48,563 nt of DNA, from the NCBI RefSeq assembly GCF_006345805.1, contig NW_021834440.1:1-48563 (forward strand), given 5' to 3'. Positions 1 through 10,560 of the stretch are shown in pieces. The translations under genes and the position numbers were made by a program. Below the pieces are notes generated by a model. The model was not told where the DNA came from. It did no database searches and saw only the letters and a program-made list of their open reading frames with translations. How positions within the stretch are numbered: the stretch's first letter is position 1; each line of letters opens with the position of its first letter. The DNA comes from Octopus sinensis. Taxonomy: Eukaryota.

Positions 1-98
1 TACATATATATATATGTATATATATATATCTATATTATATATGTATGTATGTATTTAGTATGATGTTGAGATAGAAAGATAGATGCATGTATAATAAA

Positions 99-134
<36 letters not shown>

Positions 135-283
135 AGCACAGACTCAACCAAAGATATAGGTTATGTGTGACATACTTTTTGCTATTTACCCTCCATTTTG
201 CAACTGTCTACATGAAAATACATAAATATAATATATATGTATATATATATTATATATATATATAGATATATATATATATATAG

Positions 284-314
<31 letters not shown>

Positions 315-480
315 ATATATATAATATATATATATATCTGAACTACATACATACACGAGTTATCGTTTGATTGTTTATACACACAAACATACACATATTA
401 TCAATCGTTTGAATATAAGCACGTATGTATGTGTATAAGTATGCATATATATATATATGTGTGTGTGTGTGTGTATGTAT
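1..480. repeat. Compound (TA)n/(TG)n microsatellite tracts
   Basis: Direct inspection; these tracts generate the YI/CV-repeat ORFs. Confidence 0.9.
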
Positions 481-1178
481 CCCTATACAAGTGCGCGCCT
501 CTGTGTGTGTGTCTGTGTGCGATAGAAAGAGAGAGAGATCGGTGTGTATATGGATGTATATGTGTATGTGTGCATGGGGAGTAAATGACTCCTTGTAATC
601 ATTTTTATTTATCGGTCGGGAAATCAAGCAAAACAGGTGAGAAAGGTTTGGCAAGCAGTAAAGCAACAATATTTGGACAGCCACCAGAGATAGTGCCACG
701 ATTAAGAATGTACATCTTATTATGTCCAACAACGGGAAACATCAAATCTATCTTTGTTGTTTTTATTCCTTTCAATGAACCTATTTACACCACACTATAT
801 ATATATATATGTCTCTCTGTTATCGTTTTATTTTATCTAATTTTTTTTTTATTTGCAACTCATAAACGTGTTGGCGGCGTCTGACTAGATTTGAAAATAA
901 TAGGATGTGTCTCGGCAACATGGCTACATGGCAGTCACAGAGAATAGAGCAGGTTCTACACCAGTGCCAGGCCGACACACGGTTGTTCTTAATATTGCCA
1001 TTGCATTCTATGAAATGGTAATCAATGTAGATCCGGCAAAGTAATGAGGAATAACTAACAAAACAAACAAGCAAACAAACAAACAAAAAACAGGAGGCAC
1101 AGAAATAGTTAATGGGGGGAAATGAAATGTTTTTAGAAAGATCATCTGTGTGATTGTGACCTTATGTACACGCGTGCT

Positions 1179-1209
<31 letters not shown>

Positions 1210-1469
1210 AAGTATATATATCTTTATATTTTTATTGTTACTGTTTTTCGTCGGAGGGAGTCGGTTTCTAACAAAAAAAAAACGAAAGTTCCATCACTGG
1301 AATTTGATTAAAAACAACGATAGTTCTTGTATCTCAAAGTCTTGCCTAGTTTTTCCTATTTCTCTTAAAGATTGCTTCTGTGAAGTTCGTGTTAGCCACA
1401 GACACACACGCACGCGCATATACGTATCGATAGACAGGCAGTCAGACAGACTGACGGTAGGCAATGAGA

Positions 1470-1470
1470 T

Positions 1471-1518
<48 letters not shown>

Positions 1519-1542
1519 GATAGATAGATAGATAGATGATAT

Positions 1543-1598
<56 letters not shown>

Positions 1599-1620
1599 GC
1601 AGATAGATAGATAGGTAGAT
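1470..1620. repeat. (GATA)n microsatellite
   Basis: Direct inspection. Confidence 0.95.
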
Positions 1621-1915
1621 TCATCTGAGGATTGCAAATGGGGAAAAAAAGACTTGGTAACCCCAAAATTCATTTATATGTTAGAAACTGATGGTGTACA
1701 TTGTAGCAGCTACTTCGTACCCCTCGCTATTGCGCATGCGGTCAGTACTTTGAGAGAAAAAATCCGATTTGATGCATATTAAATAACAAATTTTATACAG
1801 ATATGAAAATTAATATTCATATTTTAATTTTTATTTATACTAATATTTTAATATTTTAATCTTATTAATTGTAAAAATAAAATAAATAGTAAAAATTAAA
1901 TGAAAAGTAAAATAA

Positions 1916-2278
1916 AACAAGAGCACTTAGAGAGCGCAAACCTTCGCCAAGGCTACCCTAAGGTCCTCTCAACGATTAGCCGAAGAGGATTTTTAAAATG
2001 AGAATATTTGAAATGAACTCGAATGCTTTCAGAAACGAGAATACTGAAAATTAACACGACCGCTCTCAAAATTAAAAAAAAAAAAAACAGGAAAAATAAT
2101 CCAGAATCCTTGTCCAGTACCCGATCGACCCCAAAATCTAATCCTTTTGCACCAGTCACAAGGCCAAACATCACAGAAAGTTTCATCCGAATCCATCCGG
2201 CGGTTCTTGTACATGGACAAACAAGCAAACAAACATGACTGGAAACAATACCTCCACCTTCGCTAAGGCAGACGTAAT
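1916..2278 (-). mobile_element. Non-autonomous Helentron-associated (HINE/DINE-1-like) element
   Basis: accttcgc(c/t)aagg at 1940-1952 and 2256-2268; imperfect terminal palindrome at 2249-2276; (GTTT)-like microsatellite at 2215-2235; short hairpin gcgct-ctcta-agtgc at the other end. The layout matches the DINE-1/HINE description. Confidence 0.55.
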
Positions 2279-2309
2279 GAATAAATCACTGTGATTCTTT
2301 CATCAGTCA

Positions 2310-2520
2310 CAGGCACATGGCCTAGTGGTTAATGTGTTGCGATCGCAAGGTCATGGTTTCAATATCTAGACTGGGTGGTGTATTGCTTTCTTGAGCAAAA
2401 CACTTCATCTCATGTTACATGGTACATCGTGCACCGGTTCAGTCAACGTCGATTTCTTATAAGGAGTGAGCTAATATGCAGCACATACCATTGATCACTA
2501 TAAACAAATCATTTGTGCAG
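2310..2520 (+). mobile_element. Degenerate tRNA-derived SINE (head shared with family C)
   Basis: ggcacatggcctagtggtta (A box) is identical to the head of the 39922-40218 element; degraded B box; 'ttcttgagcaaaacactt' core. Confidence 0.6.
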
Positions 2521-2701
2521 GTCGTATGCCTCCCCCACCTTTCCAAAAGAGGCTGCTCGCTCATACGTTGTTGTCTTCGACGGGAGGGCCCATCATTAGT
2601 CAGATATATAAAGAAATATAGTGAATATATGCGTACTTACGACGTACAGGATTGTGAGCCTGTTTTGTGCTATTTGTAGCATTATTATTATACTTGTCAT
2701 T

Positions 2702-3277
2702 AAGGCAGCGAGCTGGCAGAAACGTTAGCACGCCGAACGAGATGCATAGCGGTATTTCGTCTGTCTTTACGTTCTGAGATCAAATTCCGCCGAGGTCGAC
2801 TTTGCCTTTCATCCTTTCGGGGTCGATAAAACTAAGTACCAGTTACGCACTGGGGTCGATGTAATCGACTTAATACCTATGTCTGTCCTTGTTTGTCCCA
2901 TCTGTGTTTAGCCCCTTGTGGGTAATAAAGAAATAGGTATTTCGTCTGTCTTTACGTTCTGAGATCAAATTCCGCCGAGGTCGACTTTGCCTTTCATCCT
3001 TTCGGGGTCGATAAAACTAAGTACCAGTTACGCACTGGGGTCGATGTAATCGACTTAATACCTATGTCTGTCCTTGTTTGTCCCATCTGTGTGTAGCCCC
3101 TTGTGGGTAATAAAGAAATAGGTATTTCGTCTGTCTTTACGTTCTGAGATCAAATTCCGCCGAGATCGACTTTCCCTTTCGAGGTCGATAAATTAAGTAC
3201 CAGTTGCATACTGGGGTTGATTTTAAGTGACTGGTCCCCTGCCCGAAAATTTCAGGCCTTGTGCCTAAAGTAGAAAA
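2702..3277 (+). mobile_element. SINE family A, trimeric array (head, two 185-bp tailed units, terminal unit)
   Basis: Head ggcagcgagctggcagaaacgttagc; units start at ggtatttcgtctg at 2751, 2936 and 3121; ends ccttgtgcctaaagtagaaaa like the monomer at 36933-37148. Confidence 0.9.
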
Positions 3278-3296
3278 TTTTATACTTCTCCTCACT

Positions 3297-3360
3297 GAGG
3301 CAGCGAGCTGGCAGAATCGTTAGCACGCCGGCGAAATGCTTAGTGTTATTTCATCTGTAT
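3297..3360 (+). mobile_element. SINE A head fragment
   Basis: gaggcagcgagctggcagaatcgttagcacgcc, truncated. Confidence 0.8.
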
Positions 3361-3805
3361 TAAATATATATTCATGCACTCACATACAAACATGTATACG
3401 CACACATGCGTGCGCGTACATATTTGAAAGTGTGTGTATGTGTGCACCAACATCCATATATATACAAGCATGTAATTGCTATACAGCTACACAAGAGAAA
3501 AGGAATGTCTGGTTAATCGTTAAACGTATATAATGTGCGCATTTTCTTATATAACAAAATTACCTATTTGTACAAATATGCTTATTTGTACTTATATCCA
3601 AATTCGATGAATACACGATCTTTGATATAATGAATATTGATGATATCAAATAACGGTTGTTGCCGATTTCATATATACAAGTTTCTAAATAGATTATGTA
3701 CAACGTGGGAGAAGCACATTTCACAGTGTTTTATGTTTTATCTTTCAGTTGGGACTGGATACTTAATATATAATAGTGATGGATACTTAATATATAATAG
3801 TGCTT

Positions 3806-4330
3806 GAGGCGGCGAGCTGGCAGAAACGTTAGCACGCCGGGCGAAGTGCTTAGCGGTATTTCGTCTGCCGTTACGTTCTGAGTTCAAATTCCGCCGAGGT
3901 CGATTTGCCTTTCATCCTTTCGGGGTCGATAAATTAAGTATCAGTTACGCACTGGGGTCAATATAATCGACTTAATCCGTTTGTCCTCTCTGTGTTTAGC
4001 CCCTTGTGGGTAGTAAAGAAATAGGTATTTCATCTGCCGTTACGTTCTGAGTTCAAATTCCGCCATGGTCGACTTGGCCTTTCATCCTTACGGGTCGATA
4101 AATTAAGTACCAGTTATGCACTGGAGTCGATGTAATCGACTTGATCCGATTGTCGGTAAAGAAATAGGTATTTCATCTGTCTTTACGTTCTGAGTTCAAA
4201 TTCCGCCGAGGTTGACTTTGCCTTTCATCCTTTCAGGGTCGATAAATTAAGTACCAGTTACGTACTGGGGTCATCTAATCGACTGGTCCCCTCCACCAAA
4301 ATTTCGGGCCTTGTACCTAGAGTAAAATAG
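3806..4330 (+). mobile_element. SINE family A, trimeric array
   Basis: Same head; units joined at aagaaata|ggtatttc (~4024, ~4167); terminal tail ccttgtacctagagtaaaa. Confidence 0.9.
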
Positions 4331-4412
4331 AATATAGTCTTCTACTATAGCTCCGGGCCGATCAATGCCTTGAGAGTAAATTTGGTAGACAGTAACTATG
4401 TGGAAGTCACTA

Positions 4413-4818
4413 TCTTTTACTTTTTCCAATCATTTATTTGCGGCCATGCTGGAGTACCATCTTGGAGAGTTTTAATCGAGCAAATTGAAACTAGAACATT
4501 CTTTTAAAGTCTGGTACTTATTCTATCGTTTTCTTTTTGCCGAACCGCTTGGCTACAGAGACATAAAAACACCAACACCAGTTGTCAAGCAGTAGTGGGG
4601 GGGGGGTAAACACAAGCATAAAGACACACACACACAGACACACACACATATATTTATATATATACTACGGGCTTCTTTCAGTTTCCGTCTACCAAATCCG
4701 CTCACAAGGCTTTGGTCGGCCCGAGGGTATAGTAGAAGGCATCTGCCAAAGGTGTTAAGCAGTGGGACTGAAACTGGAACCATGCAATTGGGAAGCAAGC
4801 TTCTTACCACACAGCCAC
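4413..4818 (-). mobile_element. SINE family B (tRNA head, internal microsatellite)
   Basis: Reverse complement of the copy at 16345-16730; further + strand fragments at ~4337-4408 and ~4960-5165. Confidence 0.85.
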
Positions 4819-5379
4819 AACTTGTGTTAATGAATGTATGTATATGACTGTGTGTGTGTAATGTGTATGTACGTTTGTAAGTATGTATTTACGTAACTAT
4901 GAATGTGTACATCTATGTATGTATGCATATATATATTTCTATGTATATTTCTATGTATTTGCTCTTGTATTCGCCCCACCACTGCATGCCAGCCGGTTTC
5001 GATTTGTTTAATGACCCCTATAAAATAGCGGTTCAGCAAAGTGACCGATAGAATAAATAGCAAATTTACAAAGATATATATACTGGGGTTTATTTGGTCT
5101 ATTAAACAGTTCACTGGGCCGCAGTCGAATGACGGAAACAGAGAACAGTAAGAGATAAAAATAAGATTAACATAAATATCTTACGTTTATATATTAACCG
5201 CATATATAAAGGGACTGGATCCTTTTTATACACTAAACACAAACGCCCTACATTCATCTATTAACCCCGTTACTTCAGCCGTTTGACCTTCTAATTCTAG
5301 TCCTTTATATAGACTAAATTGTTTTGATCTGGTACTTAGGGGGTTATCGATCTCTATTTCCATAACTGTATTCATTCAT

Positions 5380-5780
5380 TTATTTAATCATTCATTCGCT
5401 CTTTCTATTTTATTTCTTTCTTATGTGGCCTCTTTTCTTCTTTCTTTCTTCCTTTCTTTCATTCTCTATCTTTTTCTCTCTGTCTCTCTTTCTTTTTCCT
5501 CCCCTGTATTCTTACCTTCTTCCTAATTTCTTTCATCCCCCTGTCTCTCACTACTTGCCCTCTAGCTTCCGTTTTGTCTATTTTTCTATCTTTATCTCTT
5601 CCATATATTCTCTCATCTTTCTCTTCCGTCTTCTTTTCTTCATCTTTCCTTTAAATTCTTTCTGACATCTTTCATTCCTTCCTTCCTTCCTTCCGTCTCT
5701 ACTTTCTTCTCTTCTTTCGTTATTTGTTTCTGTTACTCTAGCTCCTTTCCTTCTTTCCTTCTTCCATTCTTTCTTTCTAA
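5380..5780. repeat. Pyrimidine-rich low-complexity tract
   Basis: Almost entirely T/C on the + strand. Confidence 0.8.
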
Positions 5781-6030
5781 TTTCATGTTGGAAATTCTAA
5801 GAACACGCCAGACCAGCCAGAGATCTCGACAATACAGACGTGTGAATAAGATTTAATTACAGAGGTGATGGCGGATTCTAAAGGCAAGATTGTGAACTCC
5901 TCAGACGAAGAAGAAAAGAAAGAAAAATGACTACGATAAGCACCACTTCTGACTTCCAACCTCACTTCCGACTTGCACCTCAGAATTGAGCAAAACGCGT
6001 TCAGCAACAAAGATACTTCTCTACAGATAT

Positions 6031-6066
<36 letters not shown>

Positions 6067-6209
6067 CTTACACAGGCAGAAACAAGCAACCACTAAGCAC
6101 TAAACACACATGCATACACACACAAACACAAACACACATACGCACGAACCAATTAAGGAGATCCTACGTGGTCGCAAAAAACAGCTAGAAATAATAGCTA
6201 AATTATTGC

Positions 6210-6545
6210 CGTGCATAATGCTCTGAGGTAAAGAATAAAAGAAATTGTGCGCTGTTGTAGAAATTACTTGCCCGACAGACTTTGGCATAATGTTAGATAA
6301 CACCAACAAAAAGAAAGCTTCTATGGTAAGCTAATGAGAAATCTACAAATACTACTGCCAGACACTGGCTTTAGATTTATATTCAAATTTATTTGGACGT
6401 TCGGTTATATAACGAACTTCTTCAACACAAGTCTTGAGAAGCCGGGCTCCACGAAACAAGCAAATATATGACTAATTAGAACGTCGCAATTCCAAGCGAG
6501 TAACGTTACTGTATAATGTGCAAAACATTTCTGAGATTCTGGCTG
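6210..6545 (+). mobile_element. Old RLE-type non-LTR retrotransposon C-terminal fragment
   Basis: Manual translation gives LCAVVEITCPTD...YGKLMRNLQILLPD...CKTFLRF, parallel to VVEISCP...LLRNLQLLYPD at 29780-29890. Confidence 0.65.
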
Positions 6546-6616
6546 CAGAAGGTACACATTGGTAAATGGTTCTCCGTCAGTTTCAACGACGCATAGTATT
6601 TCAGTTGTTCGATGAT

Positions 6617-6659
<43 letters not shown>

Positions 6660-6719
6660 TAATAATAATAATAATGATATGATGATATGATGATGATGAT
6701 GATAATGATGATGATGATG

Positions 6720-7090
6720 TCAGTTGTTTGATATTAGCGAGTTGAGCATGTCCCTTAGTGGCTGATGATATGTGCACATCTGACGAGCATAAGTGGGGGA
6801 GCATCAGAGCCATGTGTTGGGCTTCTTACATCATACTTAAATAAACCTTATTCAGGGACCTTTTGAGTAGGATGAGCCACTAGACCTGAAGAGAAGAAAA
6901 TTCTAACTAGGCCCCACCAGCAAGACCATGCGCTGTTTATCATGATATGAGATCACCATGTCATGCCCATATGGTTGTGATGCATTTGCCTGGTGTATCC
7001 TTATCAGACGGGTAGTCATGATGAGTTTATTGTGCTTCATATATTTGTACCCCAGTGTCACTTTGATGGCATGCACTTCTCTTTCACTCA
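6720..7090 (+). mobile_element. Probable 3' UTR of a (TAA)n-associated retroelement
   Basis: Ends gcatgcacttctctttcactc followed by (aat)n; the same end recurs at 23544-23570 inside (TAA)n. Confidence 0.5.
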
Positions 7091-7110
7091 ATAATAATAA
7101 TAATAATAAT

Positions 7111-7450
7111 ATTGCTGATTGAAACTGAAAAGATATGGCATCTCAAGACGGTTAGAATACCAGTGATTGTAGGAGCACTTAGAATGATCAAAAAAGGGAA
7201 CAGAAAATTATTTGAGGATGATCCCTGGCTTACCATCCATGCGGGAAGTGCAAAAAATTGTCAACTGGTACGTCACACGTATTGAGAAGATTGTCGCTGT
7301 GATTTTCCTTTCCTTTCCCCTTTATTTTCTTATATTCTTTTTTCCCTTCTGTACGCAGTTTTTCTTCCCTTTTTTCCTATCACATTTTCTTTCAATTTTG
7401 TTTCCCTTTCTTGCTGAGTGTCTTCCCAACACCTAGGGCAAAGAAACTCA
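7111..7450 (+). mobile_element. R4/Dong-like RLE LINE 3' fragment
   Basis: After (AAT)n it reads LLIETEKIWHLKTVRIPVIVGAL..MIPGLPSMREVQKIV..GTSHVLRR, the typical RLE C-terminus, then a pyrimidine-rich 3' UTR. Confidence 0.7.
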
Positions 7451-8589
7451 CTGTATACATTATTACGCCATTAAATTAAGCATACCAGATTGTTCATTTA
7501 CAAAGTCATGTGATAAAAAAAAGGGAAGAAAAACAGAGAAAAGAAGGAAGAAAAAATGGAGAAAGAAAACCAAGAAATAAGTGGAGGAGGAAAAAAATTC
7601 ACAGTGACAATGCTCTTATCAATACGTGTGACATACCAGGTAAGGCAATTATTTGCACTTCCTGCGAGTGTGGTAAGCCAGGGGGGTCATCCTTAAATAA
7701 TTTTCACTTCCCTTTATGATCATTCCAAGTTCTCAAAATCTTTTTTATTGCAAGAAGACCACAGTTTACTGTATCCGGATACAAATGATCACATTTAAAA
7801 ACTATTAAGACTTTAATATATACAATCTTCTGTGAATATTTAACCTTTCCTTTCTCCCTGACTATTCGAACATGTAAACATTCCTTTTTATTGGAAGAAC
7901 ACTATTAAACGCCCCCGGCTATCTTACTTAAGCAGTTGTAAAATAAGTGACTTTCTGTGAGTACATAATCTTTTAATATCTCCTAGTATCTCGAAAATGC
8001 AAACATCCCTCTCCCATATCCAGGAAAATTTGTAGCTTCTCCAAACTCTTTCCAGAACTGATAAAATATGTAAGATTCAAGCAATTGCCAATATTTACAA
8101 ACTGCACAATTACAAAAGTTGTAAATTGCAACAAAATTTGTTAAAAGAAATCCATATACATTATAGTGAGGTAGGCCGATTTATGGAATTACCCTGGTTT
8201 CTCGCTCATAAGAAGTTTAGCCTTACAGCGTATCTTCAGACCCCAAAAACACCTGGCCTGAGAGCTCTTTCAAATATGGAGTGGGGTTGGGAAAGCCTCG
8301 TTTTTAAGGATAAAACCCTATGTAATCATCTCCCTTTCCCATTGTCCATTGATCTTCGGCCGCACTGCCATCTTGCGGTTACCAAAGCACCACGAAGGCA
8401 AACGATTGTCTCCCTTCGACGACGATGAGGTGGAGATGGGGTAGATGTGGAGGAGGAGGTGATATAGGGGCAGAGGAAGAGGAGGCAAGATAGAGGCAGA
8501 GGCGGAGGGGCTGGGGTAGAGGCCGAGGAAGAGGGGGTAGAGGTGGAGGAGAAATATAAATAAATGGATGGATGGAAGAATTTGTAGGT

Positions 8590-9080
8590 TGTCGACTAAC
8601 ATATCTTGGTTGCGTCTCTTTACGTTCTGAATTCAAATTCTCTCCAGATGTACTTTGCGATTCTCGGATCAATAAAGTATCGGTTAAGTAGTCGATCGAT
8701 TTAATCGATTATACATCCCCATCCTACCCCCACCCTCCACACACCAAATATTTGGCACTATGTCTATATTACAGATCCTTATCACTGTCCTTCATCCTTC
8801 ATGCCATCGCAAACACATTGAACAGATTAAAGAAACAGATTTATTTCCATATCACTAAATAAAAAGAATCAAAGACTGCCATAATGGTTTCAGACAAAGG
8901 CACAACGCCAAATATTTTAAGAGAGGTGGAAAATCGATTTAATCGAACCACTATTTGATTGGCGCTTTATTTAGCCACCCCAAAATCGTGACTAACAAAG
9001 TAAATCTCGGAAGAATTTGCTCTCAGAACCTCGATTGATATAATCAAATATCTCGAGACATTCCAGCTGAGACTCTACTA
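8590..9080. mobile_element. Two highly degenerate SINE A-related copies (+ ~8590-8775, - ~8885-9080)
   Basis: ctttacgttctgaattcaaattc on + and gaatttgctctcagaac on -; gtcgat/atcga hairpin remnants. Confidence 0.55.
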
Positions 9081-9168
9081 ATTCTTCAATCTGTTTGAGG
9101 TTTTGGGTTGTATTTGTTGGTAGCTTGACTATTTTCTATGCCCGAAGAGGACAAGGTTTTGTGATGTA

Positions 9169-9734
9169 TTGGGTTATCCGGAAACTTCGTGCCGATTTTT
9201 AAAGGAAAGAAAACGGTTAATAAATACTTGCCATTACATTATTAATCAACCAAATACGAACCATTTTGTTGCACAATGCGTCTCTATCTTTCCTTTAACT
9301 TGAAAATAACCTCTTCCCAGAATTGAGGTGGCTTCATGGCAAATAATTCATCAAGGTATCCTTCTACGTCATCCAAGGAATTGAAATCTTTACCATTAAG
9401 ACTATTCTGCAGAGACCTGAATAAGTGGAAATCCGAAGGAGCAATATCTGGTGAATATGGAGGGTGGTGTAACACATCCCAGCCGAATTGCAGCAATTTT
9501 TGTTTAGTTCCCAAGGCATCAAGTACCGAAAATGAACTTTCTTATCTTTCATTTTAAAAGGTTACAGAATTAACACAGGTGACAGGAACATAAACCTTCT
9601 TCCACGAAAAGATAGCATAAACTGTGCTCTAAATGGAGGTGTAGTCAAATCCTATTTTATGAACTCAACTATGTTGTAAAATAAGTCGAAAGGCATGCTA
9701 CAATAAATCGGCACGAACTTTCCGGATAACCCAA
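9169..9734 (-). mobile_element. Internally deleted mariner element (566 bp)
   Basis: ~29-bp TIRs ttgggttatccggaaa(c/g)ttcgtgccgattt with one mismatch; TA TSD at 9167-68 and 9735-36. Confidence 0.95.
9245..9552 (-). pseudogene. Mariner transposase remnant (N-terminus fused to C-terminus)
   Basis: MKDKKVHFRYLM is joined out of frame to KQKLLQFGWDVLHHPPYSPDIAPSDFHLFRSLQN (YSPDLAP motif); premature stop. Confidence 0.9.
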
Positions 9735-9921
9735 TAGTTTTGGCTGCGTTGAGAATGTCGGGTATGAGATGGTTAGGACATGGCCTAGCATTTGGAGCAA
9801 CCTTGAGTCCTTCAGGTAAACCGACCGCTGAAGGGATACTTCACTGGGATTTTGGCATCACATTGTCATCACAGCAGCCGATGCTATTGCTGCTATTGCA
9901 GCTGCGGTGATGATGATGATG

Positions 9922-9952
<31 letters not shown>

Positions 9953-10234
9953 CGACGACGACGATGATGATCGTCGTGATCATCGTGATGGCGATGAAAA
10001 TGGCCTTGGTGGTAGTGGTAGTAGTGGTGTTGATATGATGAGGAGGAGGAGAAAGGAGATAATGGTAGATAGATATTAACTAGTTCCGTCCCCTTTGGGT
10101 GAAGAGGAACTAAACCTGGTGAGTTTGTGCCAGAAAGAGTTTCTCATTTCACACATCAGTTGACAGGGAAGGCATCGATCCGACATACGCACAGACATCG
10201 CTGGCAAACATTCACATTGACATCAACTAAAGAA

Positions 10235-10237
10235 ATA

Positions 10238-10277
<40 letters not shown>

Positions 10278-10369
10278 GCGTAGTAGTAGTATAGTAGTAG
10301 TAGTAGTAGTAGTAGTTGTTGTTGTTGTTGTTTTGTTGTTGTAGCAGTAGTAGTAGTAGTAATAGGAAG

Positions 10370-10428
<59 letters not shown>

Positions 10429-10560
10429 CAGCACAGCAGCAGCTGCAACAGCAATAGTAGCGAGGTGGTGATACTGGTGCTGGTGATGTGGTGGTGGTGG
10501 TGGTGGTGCTGGTGGTGGTGGTAGAGGTGCTGCTGGTGGTGCTGGTGGTGCTGGTTGTAG
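10235..10560. repeat. Compound trinucleotide tract (CTA/TAG/TTG/CAG/GGT)
   Basis: Direct inspection; includes an inverted (CTA)n-cgcg-(TAG)n arrangement. Confidence 0.85.

Noticed and set aside
905-985. Imperfect hairpin; minus strand tggcactggtgtagaa resembles the miR-96/182/183 family
   Set aside because: Too many bulges for a pre-miRNA, and the match to mature sequences I recall is only partial.
1729-1741. NRF1-like tgcgcatgcg (also at ~19816)
   Set aside because: Isolated short palindromes with no promoter context.
2751-3277. Regularly spaced repeats suggestive of a CRISPR array
   Set aside because: 185-bp units without unique spacers, eukaryotic context, no cas genes.
5868-5930. Short ORF MADSKGKIVNSSDEEEKKEK after an AG
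   Set aside because: Only 20 codons, no donor site, no recognisable homology.
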